Positions 10,881-27,667 of a stretch of 49,610 nucleotides of DNA are shown in pieces. The stretch comes from Octopus bimaculoides (taxonomy: Eukaryota). The stretch's first letter is position 1. Every line of letters begins with the position of its first letter. The DNA is taken from assembly GCF_001194135.2 (NCBI RefSeq), contig NC_068984.1, forward strand, positions 79,043,074-79,092,683, written 5' to 3'. The notes under the pieces are model-generated. The model saw nothing but the letters and a program-made list of their open reading frames with translations. It was not told the DNA's origin and did not search any database. A program made the position numbers and the translations under genes.

Positions 10881-10974
10881 GGATGGTTCCTTAATTATTT
10901 ATTGAGTAAAACGACGTTTTTTCTCTGAGATCTAAACAATAACCTAGAAAATATGTAGTGATGCGCAAGCAATA

Positions 10975-11170
10975 TCGACGGATAAAATGCATTGAGGTAT
11001 TTCGTCCGTCTTTAAGCTCTGAGTTCAAATTCCGCCAAGGTCAGCTTTGCCTTTCATTTTTTTTTTTTCGGGATCGGTGAAATAAGTACCAGTCAAATAC
11101 TGGAGTCGTTCTAACCGACAGCCCCCTCCCACGAAATATCAGGCTTTGTGTCTATAGCAGAAAGGATAAT
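10975..11170 (+). mobile_element. SINE (Meta-domain-like family), 5'-eroded
   Basis: gaggtatttcgtccgtc..ctgagttcaaattccgccaaggtcagctttgcctttca..aagtaccag matches other copies in the window. Confidence 0.8.
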
Positions 11171-12587
11171 TAAAATCCAATGTAATCCAACGTGCTGTTA
11201 ATGCAAGTCGGAATGCGTACAAATTGATAACTAATAGCCACACCTTAAATACAGTTTCTTAGCATTTATTGTGCGATGTAGTGTTCATTTTATCAAGTAT
11301 TGTTATTGCTGATGAACAATGTGGATTTTAATTCAGTCAANNNNNNNNNNNNNNNNNNNNNNNNNNNNNNNNNNNNNNNNNNNNNNNNNNNNNNNNNNNN
11401 NNNNNNNNNNNNNNNNNNNNNNNNNNNNNNNNNNNNNNNNNNNNNNNNNNNNNNNNNNNNNNNNNNNNNNNNNNNNNNNNNNNNNNNNNNNNNNNNNNNN
11501 NNNNNNNNNNNNNNNNNNNNNNNNNNNNNNNNNNNNNNNNNNNNNNNNNNNNNNNNNNNNNNNNNNNNNNNNNNNNNNNNNNNNNNNNNNNNNNNNNNNN
11601 NNNNNNNNNNNNNNNNNNNNNNNNNNNNNNNNNNNNNNNNNNNNNNNNNNNNNNNNNNNNNNNNNNNNNNNNNNNNNNNNNNNNNNNNNNNNNNNNNNNN
11701 NNNNNNNNNNNNNNNNNNNNNNNNNNNNNNNNNNNGTTGCTGTTGTTGAACGAACACATCTGTAACCAATGGCATTCTAGTTATAGTTATCGCCGCTTTT
11801 AGTTTTAAAATAAAATCGATTATAGCGTCCGCGTACTCCGTTATGCAATGTGTATATTCCAATTCAACTTCTCTAACTAGCAGTACCTCTGCCGACAGGC
11901 TTTTGCCAGTCACCGCAGCATAACTCCCCGCTTGCACTGGTGTACCTTCCATAACAATATTGTTCACCACTTCACCTATAAATGGGGAAGAAAAATTTAA
12001 AAAACGGTAACAAGTTCAACAATTTCAGGTAACAACAATCCAACAATTCAATAAATAACAGTTTAACAATAACTGTACTCACATGGAACGTATACACTTC
12101 AAACTCAATTGACTCAAATACAACACTAACGACAACACCAACGTCTTCTCAACGATTAGCCGGAGAGGATTTTTAAAATGAGACTATCTGAAATAAACTG
12201 CTCTCACAAACAAGAATACTAAAAATGAATCCCACCGCTCTCAAAAATTTAGTAAAAAGAACAGAAAATTAATCCAGAATCCTTGTCTGGTATCTGATCG
12301 ATCCCAATGGTAGTCATGGGATGTGAAGATGGGTGTGCGGGCCATGTTTGTAATGATGTGTGTGTCATTTGAGTAATGAAAATATTTGCATGACTTGAGC
12401 GCACACATGTTGATAAGTTTTGGGGAGTCACTACATGAAAGTTAAGGAAACGCTGGTTGAAATGCAACAAGAACTTCGGGAGAGAAACATCATTGAACAT
12501 AAAAATTATAATTGTAATGGAATGTATAATGTATTGTGGTCGGAAAAATAAGTATCTATAACATCTGCTAATACACACTCTGTTCTA

Positions 12588-12759
12588 CAGTTCTATATTT
12601 AAGAAATGAGGAATTATGTACATTATTTACATTTGACGGGTATTTTTCCACATCTTGTTTGTTGTTAACACAACGTTTCAGCTGATATACCCTCAAGCCT
12701 TCATCAGGTGTCTTTGGCAAATTTAGAACCTGGGTTCTCATTCCTAAGGTATTTTTCGA

Positions 12760-12792
<33 letters not shown>

Positions 12793-13660
12793 ACGGTAGA
12801 GAAAAATGTCCAAGTGCTGTTAAATCATGTGAGCTCAATAAAGCCATCCATACAGTTCACAATGGAAAAGAAAAAAGACAATTAGCTAGCATTCCTGGAC
12901 GTATTAATAACAGACACCAAATATGGATTCAGGACATCCGTATACCGCAAGCCGACCTTCATTGGACGATACCTCAACTTCAACTCCTACCATCCAGACA
13001 GTGTAAAGAGAGGGATTGCTCAGTACCTAAAACATCGAGCAAAGAATATAAGTAGCGATCGTGATATCCACCACGAAGAAATGATCAAGTTCAATAACAA
13101 TCTATTAAGTAACAACTACCCCAAAACGTACTATCCATTCCAATTATGAAGAAAAGAGAGGATGAAACCAATAAACTGTCCACATTCTGTCTATCCTATG
13201 TGAAAGGCCTCTCCGAAAAGATACGAAAGATATGCGGCCCATATGACATCAGGACAGTATTCAAAAATAATACATTTCGCAAATATCTCCTCCGAGTAAA
13301 ACCACCAATAGAAGAGAATATGACCAAAAACTGCGTGTACACCATCTCATGCAGCTGTGGTAGGTTATACAAAGGCGAAACATGTCGCCCCCTCAAAATA
13401 AGAGTAGAGGAACATCGCAAAGCTGTGACACGAGGAGATATTGATTAATCGGGTATAGCTGATCATGTGTGGAAAATGGAGACCACCTCCCGCTGTGGGA
13501 TGAAGTTAAAATAATTGAGAGAGAACACCACTGGAAAATACGAAAACTAAAAGAAGCAGAGAACACCATTGGAACAACAAACAAGATGAGGACAAATATA
13601 CGTCAATTGTAAATAATGTAAATAGTGTACATCATTTCTCATCTCTTAAATATAGATCTG
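12588..13660 (+). mobile_element. 5'-truncated Penelope-like element (RT C-terminus plus GIY-YIG endonuclease) with an inverted pseudo-LTR
   Basis: QLAFLDVLIT..SVYRKPT..RYLNFNSYHP (RT thumb); CVYTISCSCGRLYKGETCRPLKIRVEEH..SGIADHVW (GIY-YIG). Minus 12588-12666 is an inverted copy of plus 13573-13660. Confidence 0.92.
12667..12712 (-). ncRNA. Minimal type I hammerhead ribozyme motif in the Penelope pseudo-LTR
   Basis: GACAC-CTGATGA-AGGCTTGA-GGGTATA-TCAGCT-GAAA-CG-TT-GTGTT: intact core, stem I GACAC/GTGTT, bulged stem II, palindromic AACGTT stem III. Such minimal hammerheads are an established feature of Penelope-like elements. Confidence 0.75.
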
Positions 13661-13661
13661 A

Positions 13662-14120
13662 TGGTTTTGTTGAAATCAGAACATCAATGAGTCCTGTATG
13701 AACGTCCTTCTTTGTATCAATTGCCTTGATGTTAAATACTTGAGTGGAAACTTTTCCAGATGCTCAGCATTGTGATCATCTACTTCTTTGTGCGTTCTGA
13801 AAGCATGGAGGGTTTCTGTTGGGTAGCCGTTGTCTGTTTTTTTAACAACTCTGGATTTGAGCAAGGTGGTGTCATTCTGTGTACATGCACCTATTCTCAC
13901 CCGCATCAGCAGCTGTCCAAACCGTTGGACAGCCTCTGTAAGTTCAATCAAAGTGAAATTTTCCTTCCAAAGTGAACCATGTAGTCGGGTGTAATTGTCA
14001 GATGGCCAGCCAAATACAAGATATTGCCCAGCAGGCTGAAGTTGGTAAAGATCACCTACGGTCAAAATACTGACTCTTCCAAATCGGGAATATAGGTCAG
14101 AAAGAGCTATTCTTGCACTA
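13662..14120 (-). mobile_element. Helitron/Helentron RepHel PIF1-helicase fragment
   Basis: ORF 13676-14191 contains FGRVSILTVGDLYQLQP (motif III), LWKENFTLIELTE..FGQLLMRVRIG (motif IV) and HKEVDDHN, all typical of Helitron-type PIF1 domains. The ...MRQKDD... segment is deleted. Confidence 0.85.
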
Positions 14121-14604
14121 AGGTCATCAGGCAGATAAACATAGCCTGTCCTACGGGTCAGAGTAAAGTGTAGTGGGGGAACGATTTTCACAAGAGACTC
14201 ACATGATAGTCCAATCCGTCCTTCACGCTACAGTAGGTGTTTGACATAAACCTACAAATCAGCAAGGCTTGGGAACACGACGAATGTTTGCAGAACAATT
14301 TCGTCGCTCCGTGCGTATCTCATTCAGGCCCGGCCGACGGCACTGCCATGCCTGCAGTGTTTATCCCGAATAAGCAGGGACTTCTGGAAATCATCCACGT
14401 GTCTCAAGCCGGAACAGGGCCAGAAGTTGACTCTCGTTGACGCCAAGAATCTCCCTGATATTGTTGTGGCTAATTTCTCTTTTCTCTCGCTATGAATCCT
14501 GTGCTGCATTAGACCCCTTTGGTCAATAAAAGAAACCATTATTATTTACTGTTGTTATTATACTTGATACATTTGCAGCTATTAAATTCTAATACAATTA
14601 CGAC

Positions 14605-14980
14605 GGCAGACTGGCAGAATCGTTACCGCGTCTGACACAAATGCTTAGCGGCATTTCGCCTGTTTTTACGTTCTGAGTTCAAATGCCACCAGGCTTGACT
14701 TTGCCTTTCATCCTTTCGGAGTCGATAAAATAAGTACCAGTTACGTACTGGAGTCGATGTTACTCTCCCCGAAATTGCTGACCTTGTACCAAAATTTGAA
14801 TTCAATATTTTTTTTATATATTTAAGGCGGTGAGCTGGCAGAATCGTTACTGCGCCAGACAAAATGCTCTGGGGCATTTCGTCTGTCTTTACGTTCTGAC
14901 TTCAAACGGCGCCGGGGTCGATAAAATAAGTACCAGTTGAGCACTGGGGTCCATGTAATCGACTTAGGCCCTCCCTCAAA
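14605..14980 (+). mobile_element. Two tandem SINEs (Meta-domain-like family)
   Basis: Heads at ~14605 and ~14824 (ggcag/ggtgagctggcagaatcgtta) with the shared core. Confidence 0.85.
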
Positions 14981-15169
14981 CTAACCAATAATTTCTCTCT
15001 CATCTTCTTAGCGTCCCAGAAACTTCAGATAGGTCACCTACCACAAATAGGCTGTGCAAGTTTGTGGAAGAAGAAAGAGACAAACATAACTGTTACTTAG
15101 TATATAATCCATCCTTCAAAACCGTAGATTGATAAAACCGATAGAATATCTAAAGGAAATGTTTTGTAG

Positions 15170-15585
<416 letters not shown>

Positions 15586-15884
15586 ACTAGTTTATTTTAA
15601 CTAGTTTATTGTTCTGCATGCTTGATCGATGATCCTTGTCCGATGTCTTGTCAGCTTGCTGCTGGGATACAAACGTATAAATCAATGTTTTGTTTATCTT
15701 TTATTGATTTTGTCGATATCGATGGTGCTCCTTTAGCAACAGCTTGTGTGTGTTGTGTGTGTGTGTGTGTGTGTGTGTGTCTTTGTGTGCGTGTGCGTGC
15801 GTGCGTGCGTGTACGTGTGTGTTTGCTCGAGCACGCTTATGGTGATGGTGGTGAAGGTGGTGGTAGTGGTAGTGGGATCGGCGG

Positions 15885-16250
15885 TAAAATTCAATAAAAC
15901 TATCTTCATCAACACAGGTGAAACATCTGAGCTTCTACTTTCCACTGATATTAGTAAATTCATCCACAAGCAATTAACAATTAACATATTCAATAAAGAG
16001 AAATTATTGATTAATAATATAACTGCAACAGAGGTCAATTTTTATTTTTTTAATGTAAATACCATTTTCACAGTTTATTCTTGTAATAAATTCAAACATT
16101 GCTAAAACTTTAAAAGGCTTTCTAAAGAAGATGGCATGAACTATGCTTCTTAAATATAGAAGAAGAGATTCAGTAGGTCTGTAGGTTATATCGGACCTTT
16201 TTATTCTTTTGATATAGTCGCGATATTTTCGTCTCTTTAGTGTAACATCT
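15885..16250 (-). mobile_element. Decayed hAT (Buster/Charlie-like) fragment around the first catalytic Asp
   Basis: Minus translation LLVDEFTNISGK*KLRCFTCVDEDSFIEF resembles hAT L.LDESTDISG..QL..F.R.V.ED.I.EEF. Confidence 0.55.
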
Positions 16251-16316
16251 TAATCGCTTGCTTGCCAATGAGTTACTATTAAGTGATTTTTTTCCTACAC
16301 ACGTTAACGTTTCCTA

Positions 16317-17415
16317 AGGCGGTAAACTGGCGGGTTCGGTTAACACACTGGGAAAAAGTGCTTCGTTACATTTTTGACTGTCTTCCGATTCTGAGTTCAA
16401 ATTCCGCCAAGATCCACTTTACATTTTCATTCATCCTTTTTTTGGAGTTGATGTATAAGTAACAGTTGAGTACTGGGATCAATGTAATTGACTAAATCCT
16501 CCCGCGAAGTTGTTGGCTTTGTGCCAACATTTTAAACCTATATTATTATTATTATTATTATTCCAAAGGCGGCGAGCAGGCAGAATCGTTGGTACACTGG
16601 GCGAAATGCTTAACAGTATTTTGTCTGCGTTACGTTCTGAGTTCAAATTCCGCCGAGGTCGACTTTGACTTTCACCCTTTCAGGGTCGATAAATTAAGTA
16701 CCAAAGAAACACTGGGGTCGATGTAATCGACTCGTCTCCTCCCCACAAATTTGAGGCCTTGTGCCTTCAGTAGAAAGGATTATTATTATTATTCCTTTTT
16801 TTCATAAGATTGCGAGCTGACAGAATCATTAGCACGCCGGGAAAAATGCTTAGCGGTATTTCGTCTGCCACTGCGTTCTGAGTTCAAATTCCGCCGAGGT
16901 CGACTTTGCCTTTCATCCTTTCAGGGTCGATAAATTAAGTACCAGTTACGCACTGGGGTCGATATAATCGACTTAATCCGTTTGTCTGTCCTTGTGTGTC
17001 CCCTCTGTGTGTAGCCCCTTGTGGGCAGTAAAGAAATAGGTATTTCGTCTGTCTTTTCGTTCTGAGTTCACCGAGGTCGACTTTGACTTCATCCTTTCGG
17101 GTGAGGGAAGGGTCGATAAATTAAGTACCAGCTGCGTATTGGGTTCGATCTAATCGACTGGCTCCCTCCTCCAAAATTTCGGACCTTGTGCCTAGTGTAG
17201 AAAAGAATCGTTAGCTCGCCAGGCAAAAATGCTTTGTGGCACTTTGACCGTCTTTAAGTTCTGAGTTCAAATTCCACCGAGGCCTGACTTTGCCTTTCGG
17301 GGGTCAATAAAATAAGTACCACTTGATCATTGTGGTCGATGTAATATGTAATCGACTTGCCCACACCCCGCCCGGAAATTGCTGCTCGAGTACCAAAATT
17401 TGAAATCAATATTAT
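16317..17415 (+). mobile_element. Head-to-tail array of at least five SINEs separated by short (TTA)n, one nested
   Basis: Heads at ~16317, 16565, 16805 and 17210, plus a nested unit at 16868-17038. Confidence 0.9.
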
Positions 17416-18049
17416 TCCTTTTTCGTGGAATAAAGTCATTTCTTGTTCCCTACTGAGATATTTCATTTCGTTTCTCGTATTTCGGTCACAACGTTTGCAT
17501 TTAAGTCTATCCGTTCATTTACAACACTTGCAAATATACATTATTTTCACAGTCTCTCTCCCTCTTTCGTTGCTATAATCTTTTATTCTTCTGTTCTGCT
17601 GCTGGTTTCCCTATTGTCTTTACTGTCACTGTTGCTGCTGTTGTTGTTGTTGTTGTTACTGTTGTTACTGTATTGGTCCATTATCACAGGTGGCTACAAT
17701 AGTGCTATCGATTTTGTTTTATCTTTAATATTGTCGATTTTGTTTATGTAAGTGTTGCTGGACATACTGTCATTGCTTTTGCTTTCTATCAATGTGGACA
17801 TTATGGACCCTATTGGATCATTGTTCTCAATACACAAAGCACTTGTAATTTCTTCCTAACGCTATCACCTCCCACTACTCCAAAGAAGTTGCCTGATATT
17901 ATTATGCATCTCTCCTACCTACACCGCAATTTCCACCATTTCTGTCACTCCCTATTGCGACATCGAAATAACAAATAATAAAAAAAATGTCCCCTATATT
18001 TGCATATATTGCGTCTGTAAGTGTATGCTATGCTATATATTGATATGGA

Positions 18050-18086
18050 TGCATGCATACATGTATATATGTACACATCCATATAT

Positions 18087-18173
<87 letters not shown>

Positions 18174-18479
18174 GTATAGAATATATACATGTATACATCT
18201 ATATCTATCCATCCATTCATCTACCTATGTATACTATAAGTGTGTGTAAGTGAGTGTGTGGTGTGTGTGTGTATGCAGTTACATACAAATACAAGCATCC
18301 ATATAAATTATATATGGGTGATATATATTTGCGTGTAAGTATGTGTATATGTATATGTATGTATAGGTGTATGCATGCATATATATATACATATGCATAT
18401 GCATATACATATTTATATATATATATATATATACATACACGCATTCATATATATATGTATATATATACATGTGTGTGTG

Positions 18480-18558
<79 letters not shown>

Positions 18559-18575
18559 GTATATATGTATATATA
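18050..18575. repeat. Compound (TA)n/(TG)n microsatellite block
   Basis: Directly visible. Confidence 0.95.
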
Positions 18576-18658
18576 TCAATAATGTGTGGTGGGGTGTATG
18601 TGCTATAAGGCATTCAGTGCCAAACAGGTTTTCTGATTGTGATTGTTTTACTTCTCAG

Positions 18659-18870
18659 AGCGCTCGGACTTGTTTGCTCTGGTTGATTCTGTGAAAGCCG
18701 ACAGCAGCCTGTTGTCAGAGGTCTCACAGGGTCTCTTTCGGCACATTATAAGCTTTGATAATTGGTTGTTGATTATCTTAGAAGACCTTCGTCATCCAAG
18801 TATCAACCTCAAAATCCTAGCTGTTCCCAGTATTGGGGTTTGCTTTGCTGCCACAAAAGCAACCGATGAG
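18659..18870 (+). CDS. Possible internal coding exon of an unidentified gene
   Basis: Pyrimidine-rich acceptor tgttttacttctcag, 70 open codons of non-repetitive sequence (RSDLFALVDSVKADSSLL..TKATDE), possible donor GAG|GTGATA. No family recognised. Confidence 0.25.
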
Positions 18871-19079
18871 GTGATATTAGGTGAAGTTATCTAAAGTGTG
18901 AGGAGTGGGTGCGTGTAACAGTATATACAATATAGACATATATAAGGTTCCTTAGAAGAAGACTGGCACCTCGGGCCAATCAACGACGTCCACCCACATT
19001 AATCTAGGCAGTCGTTCGCCCACATACACAGTGGATTTCATAAACAAATACTTATCTAATAGTTTTCTTCGAATCGTGA

Positions 19080-20705
19080 TGGTTGAGTGAAATTTGAACT
19101 GAAATTGTTAAGGGCTGTAACTAAATAGCCTAAGGCATTTTGTCCGCTGCTCTATCCGTTATGCCATTCCACCATCATTATAATATTGATTTTTAACATT
19201 GAGAAAAGGTCACAAACACTGAAATCGATATAATTGAACTATCGATTATATCAACTCCAGTATTGGTATTTTATTTTATCCACACTGGAAAGTTGAAAGA
19301 CAAACATGATGATGATGACAACGATGACGACAACGACGACGATGATGATGATGATGATCGTTTCTGATTTAGACACAAGGCCTGCAACTTTTAGGTAGGT
19401 CATATACACTGACGCCAGTACTTAACTGGTGCTTTATTTTATAGCACCCGGAGGGAGTTAGTCGATTCAATCGAGCCCCGTACTTGACTGGTACTTTATT
19501 TTACCGATACATTTTTATTTTCCTGGATGGTCGGATACATATTTTTCAAGACTGTATGGAACGGACTCCATGGTGTATTGCGGTCCTAGAATTTCTGAAC
19601 AAAAAAAAAAGTAACCATCCCGAAATATAACAATATCTTTCTCATTTAAACATATTTATATTTCGCAATGTTGAAAATAAGACCCATAGGTGCGTGGTTT
19701 GTAGGACTCTAGTGTTTTAATAGAATAATTTCGAATAGAAGAATGCCTTACAGTATACGTTTGAGCTGTTTAAGCTCTGCATTTAAATCCTACTGAGATC
19801 AGCTTTACATTTAGACTTTCCGAGATCTATAAAATAATGTACCAGCCAAGTACTCGGGTTGACATAAACCCAATTTCGAGCATTGGGCTTGTCAGAAATC
19901 TGCACAGTAGTTTTTGAGACACCAACTATAAGAGGGTTGCCAACCAAACTCAATTACTCCCTACCGGTGATAAATATTTAATATAAGTAACCCAGTTGCC
20001 ATTTGGTATTTCTAAGTCTTGGCATTATTTTCGTTATGGATTTCTAGAATCAGGGCAGTAAATTGGCAGAATGATAGTAATGCTCTCGTAGAATTGTTAA
20101 AATTTCGGACAAAATGCCTTGCAGTATTTGTCCCATTTCTGTGCTCTCTAAGTTAAATTCCAGTCGATGTCAACTTTGCTTTGCATCCCCGCCGGAATCA
20201 ATGTTAAAGTACCAGTCAAGTCCCGGGACCGATGTAATCGATTAACCTTGTGCTATATTAGATACTATTATTTGAAGGCAAAAGCGTCAGAGCATCGAAC
20301 AAAATGATTTGCGATATTTGTTGAGGCTTTTTAAAGTTCTGAGTTTAAAGGCTACCGATATCATCTTTGCCTTTTATCCATCCGGGTTCAATAAAGAGGT
20401 CGATAAAAAGGTTGATGAAGGAGTCGATGTTATCGATTAAACCTTCTCACAAATTTCAGTCCTTGTCCCTATCTATGCAACACACAAGACTTATTAGCAA
20501 GGCGCCGAGTCGGCAGAATCGTTAGCACGTCGGACAAAATGGTTAACGGCATTTCATCTGTCTTTTCATTGAGTTCGAATTCTGAGGTAGCTTTGCCTTT
20601 TATCATTTCGATGCTGATGAAACAAGTACCAGTTGATCACATGGGTCGATGTAGTCGACTACTCGCTCTAACTAAAATTTCAGGCCTTGTGCCTATATAA
20701 AAATT
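19080..20705. mobile_element. Cluster of old SINE copies (Meta-domain-like family) in both orientations
   Basis: Degenerate cores on minus at ~19080-19520 and on plus at ~19730, 20050, 20275 and 20498. Confidence 0.75.
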
Positions 20706-21372
20706 TATTATCATTATGAGCTTTTCAGCCAACCTTCATATTTATATCAGAAGGGCAGTGTATTGTAGTCCATTACATCATTACCAAGTCGTTTTACTCC
20801 GCCTAGTTTTATTGATTTTGGAATGATGAAAAAGTATGATTAATCCTTTGGATCTTAAGTACACAGAAAGTAGGAAAATATTAATTGTTTTATCGATTAC
20901 CTTCAGTTGAGGAAAGGAAGTCATACCTAATCGAACAATTCAAACACCGACATCAGGTTCTCATATTTGTAACTACATGAACTGAAAAGACTATCCACAT
21001 TATTAGTAAATAAAAATAGGTAAGTGTTTGGAACTTCAAAGAAATATTTAACATATAGCCAAATGAATATATACGAATCACCGACGGCAGCTGGATATGG
21101 TACGCGTAGCAGCCAAATCTACCTTCACATCATACCTTACTATCGTAGATGAAAGGAACGTACAAGCTTGTGCATTACTAGTCTTGTAAGAAATAGATGG
21201 GGGAAGATGAATACGACTGGAATACCTTTCATCGTAAATCTGCCTTAACAGAACTGACATGGTGCGAAACAAAACCACATTAACGCCTTCGCGAAAACGA
21301 GTCATACATACATACAACATGCATACGTACATACATTGACAGTTTTGCCCAGCTAAGCCATCGTTGGACTGC

Positions 21373-21404
<32 letters not shown>

Positions 21405-22418
21405 ATGCACACACACCTCACACAAGTATGCATACATATATACATACTAATATGTTTGTATAAAATCGATGATACAATCCGTTGGCGTTCGTCGTTTCAC
21501 AACTGAAGTGTTCGTTCAGGCTAATTCCGAAAAATAAGATGATGGCTAGAGCTACTTCTAGCTCTTGGATTCTATTCGTTAATAAAAGTCAAGTGCTGAG
21601 AATCTGGGTCCTCTGCTAGCGCTGGTGTAAATCGAGGGTAGTTGGTAGTTCTATTAGTTGTGTAAGAATTTTCCAACGGCATATAGAAAGGGTAGGTTTC
21701 GTTAGAATCTGAAAACAGCTAAACAGGTTGTAATTGCCATATATGCTGCACAGACTCAAAAGTTCCTTCTTTCTTCAATAATCACAACGTACGTCATTTA
21801 GTGATTGGTGTATGGTGTGTAGTACCTGGTATACTCAATGCTACAGAGACGTCTTCAAATTTACTGCTCTTCAGTTACCAAACTGCGATAGAAGTGCTGT
21901 TGGTTCTATCTCGCGATATGAAGGTGTTCGTGCTATGCTTAACTCTTCTCGAAAACAATAACCCTCTAGCATCAGATAGTCTTTCTGAACACCGTCGTCA
22001 GGTGTTTTACTGGTAGAACCAATTTTGTGAACAGTTCTATGTGAACTACAATCGCAAGCAGCTGTTGGACTTGGGATGGGATAATAATTTCATCGTCGTT
22101 CTCGGTTCTTCCTTTTCTGTTATATTCCTATGCGGTAATAATGATGAAGCTTGTGCTCAACTTTAGCTCAGCGGTCACCACCTTGCTATGCTTTCTCAGT
22201 CCACTTCCAGCCAGATAGAACAAATATATAGCAACAAACAGAAGATATCCTACCACCATTGTTGTCCTCGTATTGGTGACGGCGCCAATATCTTTTGTAT
22301 TTAAAGCATTTCCTTTCATGGGAACACTCTATATTGCCTTTCCATTGCAATGTGGGCATTCACAACACAAATTAGAACTTTGCGTATCACTAACACATAC
22401 ACACGCACAGGCGCGAAT

Positions 22419-22465
<47 letters not shown>

Positions 22466-23249
22466 CACAAGTATGAAAATATTCTCTTATCTATCAAACT
22501 GTCTGTCTATCCATCAAAGATTGTGAAATCTTAATTCACACGTGTGTGTGTGTGTGTGTGTGTGTGCGTGTGTGTGCGTGTGTGTGCGCGCGCGCCCCTG
22601 TGAGTATATGGAGAAATATATATATATCAATATACTTCACTTTATCGTGCAGTTACTGTTAATACCTCATTTAGAGAATTAACAATATATATATATCAAT
22701 ATACTTCNNNNNNNNNNNNNNNNNNNNNNNNNNNNNNNNNNNNNNNNNNNNNNNNNNNNNNNNNNNNNNNNNNNNNNNNNNNNNNNNNNNNNNNNNNNNN
22801 NNNNNNNNNNNNNNNNNNNNNNNNNNNNNNNNNNNNNNNNNNNNNNNNNNNNNNNNNNNNNNNNNNNNNNNNNNNNNNNNNNNNNNNNNNNNNNNNNNNN
22901 NNNNNNNNNNNNNNNNNNNNNNNNNNNNNNNNNNNNNNNNNNNNNNNNNNNNNNNNNNNNNNNNNNNNNNNNNNNNNNNNNNNNNNNNNNNNNNNNNNNN
23001 NNNNNNNNNNNNNNNNNNNNNNNNNNNNNNNNNNNNNNNNNNNNNNNNNNNNNNNNNNNNNNNNNNNNNNNNNNNNNNNNNNNNNNNNNNNNNNNNNNNN
23101 NNNNNNNNNNNNNNNNNAAATCGATAACAGGGCCCCTGGAAGGGATCTTTATATATATCTAAATATTTTATTTTAAAAACCAAAGAAAATAACCCATTCA
23201 CCCCTGGAAGGGATCCTTATATATAGCCAACGGAAATAACCCATTCATT

Positions 23250-27255
<4,006 letters not shown>

Positions 27256-27317
27256 TACACTCTGTCGCGTATGCACGTTGACATTACACATCCAGCGGAG
27301 TATACTAGTTATATATG

Positions 27318-27392
<75 letters not shown>

Positions 27393-27667
27393 ATGTATGT
27401 ATGTATGTATGTATGTATGTATGTATGTATGCATGTATGTATGTATGTATAGTATACATATATTATTTTTCTGTCAGTAATTAAAAGCAGAACAAGACGA
27501 ATTGGTTCTTTCTAAGGTCAAGGTCAAGGTCAGAGCTCTCATTGATCGCTAGTAGTAGTAAACACATTTGACCTCTGCTGATGTCAAGTGTGTGACGCTT
27601 CTTTTGTCCCCACTGTCGATTTCCTTCTCACTATCGGCCGAACCTATTTACAGACCTGTGAAATTGG

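Noticed and set aside
11293-11765. Long ORFs spanning N-runs (also 22671-23201, 36070-36353, 39470-40017, 40713-41752, 44638-45630)
   Set aside because: Open only because N codons contain no stops.
16317-17415. Regularly spaced repeats superficially like a CRISPR array
   Set aside because: Units are ~200-bp SINEs in a eukaryotic context, with no constant short repeat, unique spacers or cas genes.
22616-22707. 24-bp direct repeat aatatatatatatcaatatacttc
   Set aside because: Low complexity and abuts a gap; probably an assembly or slippage artefact.
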